Of a stretch of DNA of 64,000 nucleotides, positions 1 to 8,841 are shown piece after piece. The notes beneath the pieces were generated by a model, which saw nothing but the letters and a program-made list of their open reading frames with translations, was not told where the DNA came from and made no database searches. The position numbers and the translations under genes are program-made. The DNA is from a virus. Location of the stretch: IMG/VR virus record IMGVR_UViG_3300033429_000001, positions 8,742 through 72,741 of that record. One strand, given 5' to 3'. Every line of letters starts with the position of its first letter. The first letter of the stretch is position 1.

Positions 1-541
1 GGTGACCTGCCACAGTTGGAGACATTCAAGGGAGCCATAAAGAAGGATTTTGGCCGCCGCCTCGAACTCTGGTGGTGGCGCAGGAAGCGGGATCTATCGG
101 TGCTGAAGGATCGGGCGGACCGGGTCAGGCATTTCCTGGCCACAGGCGATTGGCCGGTCACGGTATCGGAAGACGAGATCCCGTTTTAGAACATCAGGCC
201 CATAGGCGGCCACAACAGCCTATCCGCCCACCAGACGCCCCCAAGGGCACGGACGCCTCCCCCGGCGAGAAACCGGGGCCTGAATAGACAGGCACGAACC
301 CCCACCGGCAGGCAGGGCGGCACTACGCCGCCCTGCTCAACGGCAAGATTTTGGTGCTTGAGCCGGATAAGCTCAGAGAGGCCATGCCGGAATTGAAACA
401 GCGGTTCCGGGAGGTGCCGACGGCCAATAATCAGAATGAGGGTTACAGAACCTGGGGCTTGATCGTGCCGTTGCATGAGGCCGAAGAAATAGCCGCGCGG
501 GTGATCGAGGTCTGGGCGGTGGATGAAAGGGAGTTTGCCTG

Positions 542-1106
542 ATGGGGTCGACAGTTGACTTGATCTATTGCGCTGATGGCAATGCCCGGTTTGCCTCAAT
601 CGCTATTGGGGCCGAATTCACATACGGAGCGCAGCTTCCCAACACTGTCTACTTTCGGCCCGATTTCGTAGATCAGGATTGGAAAAATCCAAACTTGGAG
701 CGATACATGGTGGCATTAGCGCAACACCGTCCCCGTCTGGCCACCGTGCTGGATTTGGAGAGGTGGGAACAATTGGCGAGGGTGATTTGGTGGGCCGTGA
801 TTGCAGCGCAATATGTTACAGAAGCGATTATTATCATACCCAAAATCACTGGGGTTATTGAGCATCTGCCGACCGATATAAACAACATTCCAATACGGTT
901 AGGATTCAGTTGGCCGACTGGACATGGAATTGAAAATGACAAAGCGTGGATATTGGCCCACCCTGAATGAGAAAGACGGTCAGAAATGGGGAAATGGTGG
1001 TAAAAATGCAGACGCGCCATACGAAGCATTTCGGCGCAGTTGTAAGGCCATTGTAGATATGTGGCAGGGATCGCTAGGCAATGATTTGCAACAAAAGCTA
1101 TTCTAA
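542..1106 (+). pseudogene. DUF6610-like (tRNA-guanine transglycosylase-like fold) gene, apparently broken by internal deletion/frameshift
   Basis: 542-970 has LIYCADGN...YGAQLP...DFVDQDWKNP...ATVLD...IIIPK...IRLGFS then stops. The overlapping frame 924-1106 carries the YEAFRRSCKAIVDMW tail I recall from this family. The central HLLGG/SxDGN part is absent. Family recognition is from memory. Confidence 0.45.
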
Positions 1107-1235
1107 CCAGACCGTTCCAGGCGATAGATTGGAATTGATCTAATGGCCGGCTTATTATGGTTCGCCGGCATATGTTTCGTCCTTCTGGTGATCTATTTTT
1201 CTGGCCCTGGAACAATGTCTCAATCTCAATGGAAT

Positions 1236-1264
1236 TTGACATCTAAGTAGTTTTGATTTATAAT
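1236..1264 (+). promoter_or_regulatory. Consensus sigma70-type promoter of the replication operon
   Basis: TTGACA (1236-1241), 17 nt, TATAAT (1259-1264). Confidence 0.85.
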
Positions 1265-1281
1265 ATCTGTACTTAACAAAT

Positions 1282-1403
1282 CGAGTTTGGCGACTCGTAA
1301 CCCAGGACAGAAACCGCTTTTTTGGGGTTTCTATTTGTCAACCTGTTACCTGGACAGGTCGCCAACTAGAGACAAGTAGAAACCCCACAGGGGCGGTTTT
1401 TTG
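1282..1403 (+). promoter_or_regulatory. Structured leader / attenuator with interleaved inverted repeats
   Basis: TTGGCGAC (1287-1294) pairs with GTCGCCAA (1358-1365). 1311-1339 pairs with 1371-1399 and is followed by a T-run. Confidence 0.7.
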
Positions 1404-1520
1404 TTTCCATAAAAGTTAGAAAGGCTAAGATTTTGCCCACCTCAAAGCCTGGATTAAAGCAACGGGGACAGATTGTTATTATTGGCTAGAGAAGGCAGAG
1501 GTTAAGTCAAGGGATGAATC

Positions 1521-2333
1521 ATGAGCGGTAAAATAATGGGAATTGCCTGGGAGGGCAAACTTCCCCAAAATGAGAAATTTGTACTTTTAGCCTATGCCGA
1601 TCACGCAGATCATGAAGGCAATGGGATATTTCCCTCAATTGGGTTAATAGCCTGGAAAACTGGTTACAGTACCAGGAATGTGACTAGAATAAAGCAGGGT
1701 TTAATCAAAAAAGGCATTCTAGTTCAGACGGGCACAAAAGACAGCGGGACGCAGATATACAGAATAGACACAGAAAAGATTCCAAAGTTGCCTGATAGAA
1801 AACGCAATTTTTTAAGTAGTGACAATTTGTCACCCCATGACAATTTGTCACCCCCCCCTGACACCCGTGTCACCCCCCCCCTGACACCCGTGTCACCCCC
1901 CCATGACATAGCTATGTCACCCGAACCGTCATTAACCACCAAAGAAACGTCAGGGAACCAGCCCCCTAAAAATCCCTCAAAATACACCACCCAACAACTC
2001 CTTTTCGGCAAGCTGGCCCTAATTTGCAAAATCGACCTCGACCTGATGACCCCCAACCAAGAATCCGTCCTTACCAACACCTCCACCCGTCTCGACAAGG
2101 CCGGCGTTCAGCCTGACCAAATAGATTCATTTGCCACCTGGTGGGACGCCAATGACTGGCGCGGCCAAAAGGGGAGTCCGCCGACGCCGGGGCAAGTAAT
2201 TGAAACCTGGGGCCAGTTCAAGGCGAGCCAGGGGCCGGGAAAGAAAAGAGGTCAACGTTCGTTCAGTAAAGAGGAGTTGGCAACCATCGAGCGGTTACGG
2301 GCGATGGATGAGAAAACAGCGTTCAGGATGTGA
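1521..2333 (+). CDS. Phage replication initiator, N-terminal winged HTH (HTH_36-like)
   Basis: KFVLLAYADHAD...IFPSIGLIAWKTGYSTRNV motif, central iteron-coded low-complexity region, upstream of DnaB. Confidence 0.8.
   Translation: MSGKIMGIAWEGKLPQNEKFVLLAYADHADHEGNGIFPSIGLIAWKTGYSTRNVTRIKQGLIKKGILVQTGTKDSGTQIYRIDTEKIPKLPDRKRNFLSSDNLSPHDNLSPPPDTRVTPPLTPVSPPHDIAMSPEPSLTTKETSGNQPPKNPSKYTTQQLLFGKLALICKIDLDLMTPNQESVLTNTSTRLDKAGVQPDQIDSFATWWDANDWRGQKGSPPTPGQVIETWGQFKASQGPGKKRGQRSFSKEELATIERLRAMDEKTAFRM
1820..1919. repeat. Five palindromic iterons TGACA-N3-6-TGTCA, putative replication origin inside the initiator gene
   Basis: Copies at 1820-1832, 1838-1850, 1859-1872, 1882-1895 and 1904-1919, separated by C-runs; lambda O-like arrangement. 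Confidence 0.8.
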
Positions 2334-2355
2334 TTTTATCAGCGAGGAGTCAACT

Positions 2356-2601
2356 ATGGATACTCAAGAAATGGAACAACAATATTGTGAGGACAACCAC
2401 TGCAAAAAATGCGGACTGTTCCACGGATTGATCGGAATAATCAATGAGCAGCAGGAATTGATTAACCAGCTTATTGACGAACGTCCGAAAACGGAAAACA
2501 CTAAAGAGATTAAGGACGCGCTAAACCGAATTATCGGAAAAACGGAAACAGTACGCAACCAGGCAGGCTTTTTTGCGTTGGGGCCAGGGGAGCTTGATTG
2601 A
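2356..2601 (+). CDS. Hypothetical protein (CxxC, coiled coil)
   Basis: GAGGAG RBS before ATG 2356; stop overlaps the MTase start. Confidence 0.55.
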   Translation: MDTQEMEQQYCEDNHCKKCGLFHGLIGIINEQQELINQLIDERPKTENTKEIKDALNRIIGKTETVRNQAGFFALGPGELD

Positions 2602-3389
2602 TGAATGAACTCGCCCTCTTCGCCGGTGCAGGCGGCGGTCTGCTGGCCACTCACCACCTGCTTGGCTGGCGCTGCGTTGGCTACGTGGAAATGGCTGAAT
2701 ACACTTGTAAGGTGTTGGAGGCAAGAATCAATGACGGACTATTGTCCAAAGCACCAATCTTTCAGATGCACACCAAAGACTTTATCCGACTCGGACTCGC
2801 TGAAAAATATCGAGGCGTGGCTGACGTCATTACTGCGGGATTTCCCTGTCAGCCGTTCGCAATTGGAGGCAAACGGCGAGGCGCTAACGATGACCGCAAC
2901 GCCTGGCCCGATACCATTCGCATTATTAGAGAAGTCAAGCCGCAATGGGTTTTCCTGGAAAACTCTCCAAACCTCCTTTCAGTTCAGCATCAAGGGACAA
3001 CTCCCCCCTACATTCAGCAGATCATTGGAGAGTTGGCCTCAAGCGGGTATGTGGGACGATGGGGCTGCCTATCGGCTTCTACTTTGGGAGCCGACCACAA
3101 ACGGAAACGGGTTTGGATTGTTGCCCACGCCATTGGCCAGGGACGGAAAATCATTCTACGTGGTCACACGCAAAGCAGCCAAGCGACGAGTTATGCGCCA
3201 GAAGCCATTGAAACAACTCCATTGGATACACTATGGAGTCGTTTATCACGACTTGAGGAAAGGCTGGGCGAACCCTCGGTTCTCCGAGATGATGATGCTC
3301 TGGCCCATCGGGTGGACCGACTTGAAGCCGCTGGACAAGGCCAAGTTCCAGCAGTGGTTGCAGAAGCTTGGCGGTTGCTGATGGAGTAG
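2601..3389 (+). CDS. C5-cytosine DNA methyltransferase, large (alpha) polypeptide
   Basis: Motif I LFAGAGG, IV GFPCQ, VI ENSP, VIII RKRVWIVA, and C-terminal motif X-like RLEAAGQGQVP. No motif IX in this frame. Confidence 0.9.
   Translation: MNELALFAGAGGGLLATHHLLGWRCVGYVEMAEYTCKVLEARINDGLLSKAPIFQMHTKDFIRLGLAEKYRGVADVITAGFPCQPFAIGGKRRGANDDRNAWPDTIRIIREVKPQWVFLENSPNLLSVQHQGTTPPYIQQIIGELASSGYVGRWGCLSASTLGADHKRKRVWIVAHAIGQGRKIILRGHTQSSQATSYAPEAIETTPLDTLWSRLSRLEERLGEPSVLRDDDALAHRVDRLEAAGQGQVPAVVAEAWRLLME
2605..3381 (+). CDS. Alternative-frame nested polypeptide of the C5 MTase (beta subunit with TRD/motif IX); true start probably an internal ATG
   Basis: +1 frame is open across the whole MTase and contains SWKT, WPQAGM, LLPTP and NPRFSEMMMLWPIGWT (motif IX-like). 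Same arrangement as M.EcoHK31I. Confidence 0.7.
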   Translation: MNSPSSPVQAAVCWPLTTCLAGAALATWKWLNTLVRCWRQESMTDYCPKHQSFRCTPKTLSDSDSLKNIEAWLTSLLRDFPVSRSQLEANGEALTMTATPGPIPFALLEKSSRNGFSWKTLQTSFQFSIKGQLPPTFSRSLESWPQAGMWDDGAAYRLLLWEPTTNGNGFGLLPTPLARDGKSFYVVTRKAAKRRVMRQKPLKQLHWIHYGVVYHDLRKGWANPRFSEMMMLWPIGWTDLKPLDKAKFQQWLQKLGGC

Positions 3390-3534
3390 CAGCGCCCGCC
3401 CCTATTCTCGGGGTCGGGTCGCCTAGAGAGGGCCGAGCGCAGCAGGGCGGGAGGCGGGGTTTGACGGGGAATTTTTTCTAACACGATTGCTGAAACCACT
3501 AGAATACGCCATAGCGCAAAAGGAGATCAAAATA

Positions 3535-5004
3535 ATGACAACCAAAAACCAAAAACAATTACCCGCTGTAGTTCCTGACAAGCTACAGCCCCACAACGTG
3601 GAGGCTGAGGAGGCGGTGATCGGCTCGCTACTCATCGACCCGGACGCCATTATCCGGGTGGCTACGTTCCTGAACGGCCCGGATTTCTTCATTGAGCGAC
3701 ACGGCATGGTCTTTGACGCGATTCAGGCGTTGAGCGCCCGCAATCAGCCCGCTGACCTGGTTACTCTGGCCGATGAGTTAGAGCGCCGGGGGGAGCTGCG
3801 GGAGGTTGGAGGGGGGGCTTATTTGACGAGCCTTATCAATCAAACTCCAACCTCGATTCACGTGGAATATTACGGGCGTATTGTTGAGCGCTGCGCTGTC
3901 CTGCGGCGGCTGATAAATGCGGCAGGCCAGATTTCCAGATTGGCCTACCGGGATCAGGAGGCTGACGCTATGGAGGTGGTTAATCGGGCCGAGGAGATCA
4001 TTTTTAATGTGTCGCCTGGCGGGGACAAACATGGGTTACAGCATGTAAGTGTAGCGGTGCAGGAGCTACTAGATCAAGTAAATTATTTACAAAATCATAA
4101 GGGCCAGGTTGTGGGGCTACCCACCGGCCTTACTGACCTGGACAAGCTGATAGGCGGCTTGCAGCGTTCAGATATGGTCGTGGTGGCAGGTAGACCGGGG
4201 ATGGGAAAATCGAGTCTTTCCCTGAATGTAGCCCACCATGCGACCCGGAAATTAAACAAGCGAGTAGCTATTTTTAGCCTGGAAATGTCAAAAGTTCAGT
4301 TAGTGCAGCGGCTAGTCAGCGCAGAGACGGGTATTGATAGTTTTCGTATTCGCGTGGGTGACATCCGAGGGAATGAATGGCCGACATTTATAGCAGCGTC
4401 TAAGATAATCCACGACGCGCCTATTTTCATTGACGACACCCCGGCTATCTCGGCGATGGAGCTTAGGGCCAAAGCTCGCCGTTTGCATGCCGAGTATGGC
4501 CTTGATTTGCTCATTGTGGACTACCTACAACTGATGACTGGCGACCGCAAAAGCGAGAATCGGCAACAGGAGATTAGCTATATCTCACGCTCGATCAAGG
4601 CCCTGGCCAGAGAGTTGAATATCCCGATTCTTGCTTTGAGTCAATTGTCAAGGGAGTGTGAGAAGCGGCATGACAAGCGGCCACACTTGAGCGATTTGAG
4701 AGACTCCGGAAGCATCGAGCAGGATAGCGACGTGGTTATCTTTATCTATCGTGATGACGTTTACAATCCTGATACTGAATTTCCAGACCTGGCCGAGCTT
4801 ATAGTGGGGAAACATCGAGGCGGGCCGACAGGTATGTTCTCTGTGTATTTCCGTAAGCCGCTTTGCCAGTTTGTTGATCTGGAAATCCATCACCAACAAC
4901 TTGAACCCGCCCCCGGCACGCCGGCAGCCAACGGCAACGGGCGCGGGCCTGCGGGGCCTGCGGTGACTGGGAACGGGACGATTGTCAGGGAAAAGAGGTT
5001 GTAA
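3535..5004 (+). CDS. dnaB: Replicative DNA helicase
   Basis: PHNVEAEEAVIG, Walker A GRPGMGKS, FSLEMS, DYLQL, LSQLSR, DLRDSGSIEQDSD; AGGAG RBS before ATG 3535. Confidence 0.97.
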   Translation: MTTKNQKQLPAVVPDKLQPHNVEAEEAVIGSLLIDPDAIIRVATFLNGPDFFIERHGMVFDAIQALSARNQPADLVTLADELERRGELREVGGGAYLTSLINQTPTSIHVEYYGRIVERCAVLRRLINAAGQISRLAYRDQEADAMEVVNRAEEIIFNVSPGGDKHGLQHVSVAVQELLDQVNYLQNHKGQVVGLPTGLTDLDKLIGGLQRSDMVVVAGRPGMGKSSLSLNVAHHATRKLNKRVAIFSLEMSKVQLVQRLVSAETGIDSFRIRVGDIRGNEWPTFIAASKIIHDAPIFIDDTPAISAMELRAKARRLHAEYGLDLLIVDYLQLMTGDRKSENRQQEISYISRSIKALARELNIPILALSQLSRECEKRHDKRPHLSDLRDSGSIEQDSDVVIFIYRDDVYNPDTEFPDLAELIVGKHRGGPTGMFSVYFRKPLCQFVDLEIHHQQLEPAPGTPAANGNGRGPAGPAVTGNGTIVREKRL

Positions 5005-5400
5005 ATGGTGCGACCCAGGCAACTATCGTTTTTTGACAATGAACGTTTGGGAATTGATAGCTCAATTGAGTTGAGCTTGTCCAGTCTCAGAGAATACGGC
5101 CATGCCTCACCGCGGTGCGGAGAAAGTAGGCAAGACAAATGAAATATTATGATGTAACATACGAAATTGTTAATCTTAAAACACGCAAAACAGAAAAACG
5201 TATTTTTGTATCTGGAATTGATTACAAATCTGCATTAGCAATTAAACGCAATCACAAAAAGATTTGCGCGATGCGCGTCAAACGTTCCGCCCAGCAATAG
5301 CAATTAACCCGACCATCTTCCCGACTTAACCAGTATTCGCACAGACGAACGTTAAAAATAAATTCGTCCAGATAGCTATCGTATCCCGCAGCGAGGAACA

Positions 5401-5742
5401 ATGACCGTCAAATGGGACGCAGAAAACGAAAACGGGACAACTATTTACAGACTGCGACCTGAATTTTGCCACCAGGAGGTAGAGGTTACGATTCGTCCGG
5501 TGTTTACTCACTGGACGTTTGTCCTGAGAAATCGCCGCAACTGTCCAATGAGCAACGATGAGATTTCGCGCGAGGCCGGGGAGTATGAGCCGGGCACGTT
5601 GTACGGTGGGCGGCCTGACACCTGGAAAAATTTGCAGACGGCCAAGGCCAAAGCGCAGGGAGCGGCCGGGGATCGGTTGTATCTATCACGCTGTGGGATA
5701 ACGTTCAAAAATGGGAAGTGTGAAAATGGAAACGGCAGGTAG
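5401..5742 (+). CDS. Hypothetical protein
   Basis: GAGGA RBS directly upstream; 113 aa ORF in operon orientation. Confidence 0.55.
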   Translation: MTVKWDAENENGTTIYRLRPEFCHQEVEVTIRPVFTHWTFVLRNRRNCPMSNDEISREAGEYEPGTLYGGRPDTWKNLQTAKAKAQGAAGDRLYLSRCGITFKNGKCENGNGR

Positions 5743-5752
5743 GGAGAGCAAA

Positions 5753-6460
5753 ATGAACGAGTTTCAAATCATCGTCGCCGATCCTCCGTGGCGCTTTAAA
5801 AATTGGTCAATGTCTCAATTAACCCAACGCGGGGAGAAATGGGCCAGGCGCAATGGTCGCAGCCCTTACCCGGTGATGACGACAGAGGATATTTGTAAAA
5901 TTCCTGTTTGGGAAATTGCCGCAAAGGATTCATTGTTGTATCTGTGGGCTACGTGGCCTAAAATGATGGATGCTTTACAGGTGATGGACTCTTGGGGATT
6001 CGAGTACATCACCCAGGCATTCACCTGGATAAAACAGAATCCTTCCGGTTGCGGTTGGCATTTCGGCCTGGGTTATTACACGCACGGGAATAGCGAAGTG
6101 GTTTTAATTGGGAAAAGGGGAAAAGGGGTCAAAAGAGTCGACAAAGGGGTTTCAAGCCTAGTGATCTACCCCAGAGGGCAGCACTCAGCCAAGCCGCCGA
6201 CAGTCGCCAGTAGAATTGAGCGACTACACGGTGATGGTGTGCCGAGGGTTGAGTTATTCGCCCGCCGTCCTGTGACGGGGTGGTCAACTTGGGGGAATGA
6301 GGTAGAGCTATCCCCAGGAACGGAACCCCTTTGGGATTATGTTGCTCCCCCATACGAGGCCATTGTAGATGAAGATGAGTATAACGGCCTCCCTCCAGAA
6401 CAGGAAGCAAATATGCCAAATGGGGCATATGAGCCGGGGGAGCAAATGTTGTTGGTTTGA
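5753..6460 (+). CDS. MT-A70 family adenine methyltransferase
   Basis: ADPPW, YPVM, LYLWAT, FTWIK, GLGYYTHGNSE, HSAKP, ELFAR, WGNE motifs. Confidence 0.93.
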   Translation: MNEFQIIVADPPWRFKNWSMSQLTQRGEKWARRNGRSPYPVMTTEDICKIPVWEIAAKDSLLYLWATWPKMMDALQVMDSWGFEYITQAFTWIKQNPSGCGWHFGLGYYTHGNSEVVLIGKRGKGVKRVDKGVSSLVIYPRGQHSAKPPTVASRIERLHGDGVPRVELFARRPVTGWSTWGNEVELSPGTEPLWDYVAPPYEAIVDEDEYNGLPPEQEANMPNGAYEPGEQMLLV

Positions 6461-6842
6461 GAGATGTGTCACTAATGATAGTCAGAAAGCCTGATTGATG
6501 ATAACCTTTTATTGCGGTATCAATGAAACAGCTTGGAATCACCACCGGACAGCCCCAGAGGCAAATTTGCCTGTATAGCCCCCGTATATGGCTCGTCTGA
6601 GGTGACGAGGGCCGAGGTAAGGTGCAGATGAGCCGCGAGGTCGCCACCGAGTTTGTTGAGTTACTAAATTTATCGAGGCCAATGTTCGATCATTGGATTG
6701 AGAAAATATAGGAGGATTAAATGAGATGGCGAAGCAAGACGAAGGGCTGCCGAGACAGAAAGGTAAAATGGTGGCGTTTATGGCTGGAATTGTGGGTGAA
6801 ATAATTTCATATACCACCTATTCAATATCTGCACCTTCTCGC

Positions 6843-7034
6843 TCATCCCAAAACGATATTAATATTTATTGACAAAAACACCATCTGCAACAGTAACAAG
6901 CTCCACGTCTTGCGCTTACTGAAATAGACTATCAGCAATAGATTTGAGATTATGTAACACCCCGCACCTACTTGGGGGTTGTTAACTATTGTCGCGTTAC
7001 CTACTACGGCCAAGATTGCTGCTATCCAGTCCAT
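6843..7034 (-). CDS. Small membrane protein (PnuC-like phage fragment)
   Basis: MDWIAAILAVVG..., three hydrophobic segments, AGGAG RBS. Confidence 0.5.
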   Translation of the reverse strand: MDWIAAILAVVGNATIVNNPQVGAGCYIISNLLLIVYFSKRKTWSLLLLQMVFLSININIVLG

Positions 7035-7076
7035 TGCACACTCCTATTTTGAATTTAGGAGTGATTTAGTTGTGTC

Positions 7077-7280
7077 TTATTTGGTTCTTGGCCCCGGCTT
7101 GGGCCTGCCTGGTAAAGTCTTCAACTGGCCCACCTCAATGTGATGCGTGCCACCAAAATAGGTTGACTTTAGCCACCCCTTGTCAATCCATTGCTGGACG
7201 GTACGTCGCGTGACGATGAATTTTTTGGCCACCTCTGCTACAGTCATGTAATGGCCTTCTGTAAAAAATGTAGGCATCAT
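7077..7280 (-). CDS. Excisionase-like HTH DNA-binding protein (HTH_17)
   Basis: YMTVAEVAKKFIVTRRTVQQWIDKGWL pattern; GAGG RBS. Confidence 0.8.
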   Translation of the reverse strand: MMPTFFTEGHYMTVAEVAKKFIVTRRTVQQWIDKGWLKSTYFGGTHHIEVGQLKTLPGRPKPGPRTK

Positions 7281-7488
7281 AGCACCTCAATCAATGTCAT
7301 AATTTCAGTGAGTGCGGAGAAACTTGCAGCCATCTTTGACCAGGCCGTAAGCGATTCCGGTAAAAAACCGGTCTCCCTTAAAGGCCGGGTAAGCCTGGCC
7401 CCCGGTCAGGGTAATGCCCTTTTGGGCTAGTTGTCGGACGATTCGGCCTTCCCGGTTTGCCGGGTGACAAGTTAGGCTGAATGCCTGA

Positions 7489-7689
7489 TCATTGCTTGTT
7501 ATTAAGGCGTGGTTGAAATAAAGACACTCTTTTGGCATCCCTGTAATCAATCCAGCCACGTTGACCATTTTCCCAATCTACAAAGAAACCGTTTGATCCG
7601 ATTTCTAAAACCATACCAAGGTCGTCGGGATTATTATCCCACATCACCGCTGTCATCTTCAGTAATCGCTTCGCTTCGTTTGTTGACAT
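7489..7689 (-). CDS. Hypothetical protein (SH3-like beta pattern)
   Basis: AGGAG RBS; in a leftward cassette. Confidence 0.6.
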   Translation of the reverse strand: MSTNEAKRLLKMTAVMWDNNPDDLGMVLEIGSNGFFVDWENGQRGWIDYRDAKRVSLFQPRLNNKQ

Positions 7690-7717
7690 TTTATTCTCCT
7701 TACTTAAAATTTACGCC

Positions 7718-7800
7718 CTTCTCCTCGCCTGCAAGTTTCCGCCGACTTGCTTTGATTGTCGCGTGACTGGCCGAAAGTAACCAATCGAGGCGAGGAGGAG
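7718..7800 (-). ncRNA. Candidate three-stem structured RNA, copy 1
   Basis: Closing stem CTTCTCCTCGCCT/AGGCGAGGAGGAG with two internal hairpins; covaries with 63792-63880. Confidence 0.55.
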
Positions 7801-7920
7801 AGCGGGAAGCTCTCGTTACCCCCACAATGTGGGGAATTGATTGTTAGTTGACTTCATCATAGATGTTTTTGGCCAGATCATCGTTGTTGTCGCTGGTGAA
7901 CATTAAGTTGAGCGCATCTT
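7794..7920. repeat. 127-bp exact direct repeat of 63874-64000
   Basis: Base-by-base identity by eye from GGAGGAGAGCGGGAAG to GAGCGCATCTT; the second copy runs off the window end. Confidence 0.9.
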
Positions 7921-8017
7921 TGACTTGCTGTAATGTTTTTCCGGCAAATTCACTAACTACCTGTTGCCAATTCTCGGCTCCTACGCTGTCAATAATATAA
8001 TCTTGCTTATCTAACAT
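7844..8017 (-). CDS. 57-aa acidic hypothetical protein (MLDKQDYIIDSVG...IYDEVN)
   Basis: Hand-translated; AAGGAG RBS; downstream of promoter 8069-8097; its 3' end is duplicated at 63924-64000. Confidence 0.7.
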   Translation of the reverse strand: MLDKQDYIIDSVGAENWQQVVSEFAGKTLQQVKDALNLMFTSDNNDDLAKNIYDEVN

Positions 8018-8068
8018 TTTATTCTCCTTTTTGCTATTTCAGTGAGTTTATCTCTCTGAACTGTCTAT

Positions 8069-8153
8069 ATAATACCACATTTGGTACTAATTGTCCACCC
8101 AAAGTTTCGCTGAGTGAAACAAAAACAGACGAATTTCGATAACTTTAAGGTTA
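8069..8153 (-). promoter_or_regulatory. Leftward promoter module, copy A
   Basis: Minus strand TGGACA-17-TATTAT; GTTTC-N7-GAAAC inverted repeat at 8104-8120; TTTAAGGTT boundary motif. Confidence 0.7.
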
Positions 8154-8250
8154 GCCCCTAAACGCGCCTTAATGAAATAATTTTGACTTGCATAGTCGTT
8201 TGTGATAATATTATTATAACATCATAATTCCACAAATTTAGGAGGTAAAA

Positions 8251-8757
8251 ATGAAGTTAAGTTTGATTTTGGTGAGTATCTTTGTTCTCATGTTTATGGT
8301 CAACCCATTCTTTATGCCGGTGATGGCTCAGGAGCAACCGGTGAGCCAATTCGAGTCACCGGTTCCGCCCGTTGAAGAGCCAGAACCAGTTGCTCCTGGG
8401 ATTGACTGGAAACAAATTCTCGATGACCTATTTGCTGGTGAGTCTATGGTTGAAGCGGTAGAACTGGCAATTGCGGCCTTACTGGGGCTGTTCGGCCTGG
8501 GTAATCTAACTCAGGTTATTGTCAATGCCCTCAAAAAGATAAACTGGGGCCTTTTGACGCTTGGGCAAAAGGAGAAGCTGGGTGGCGAGGTGGCCGAAGT
8601 TGTCGCTTATTTGGTGGCCGTCCTGCTGACATATGTCTCTACCAATTTTTTGCTGCCATTGGCGGACAAGATAGACACGCTCGGCATCTTCGCAATTGGG
8701 GTGACAGTGTGGGCCTTTGCAAGGCAGATATACTTTAACAGAAAACGAAACGCCTAG
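8251..8757 (+). CDS. Membrane protein with signal peptide (holin-like)
   Basis: AGGAGG RBS, signal peptide, Pro-rich linker, three TM segments, basic tail. Confidence 0.7.
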   Translation: MKLSLILVSIFVLMFMVNPFFMPVMAQEQPVSQFESPVPPVEEPEPVAPGIDWKQILDDLFAGESMVEAVELAIAALLGLFGLGNLTQVIVNALKKINWGLLTLGQKEKLGGEVAEVVAYLVAVLLTYVSTNFLLPLADKIDTLGIFAIGVTVWAFARQIYFNRKRNA

Positions 8758-8789
8758 CCTCATATCCAGGAGGCGCAATAAACAATATT

Positions 8790-8828
8790 CTGCCTCTCTG
8801 TTAAATTCAGGGAGGCAGTTTGTTTTTT
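8790..8828 (+). terminator. Rho-independent terminator
   Basis: CTGCCTCTCTG/CAGGGAGGCAG hairpin followed by TTTGTTTTT. Confidence 0.7.
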
Positions 8829-8841
8829 AGGCCGAGAAATT

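Noticed and set aside
5286-5390. Integron attC-like site after the mini-gene
   Set aside because: Only a vague resemblance at the 5' side; no matching GTTRRRY arm or integrase.
7760-7782. Hammerhead ribozyme core (TGACTGGCCGAAAGTAA)
   Set aside because: No CTGANGA, and the second copy lacks GAAA.
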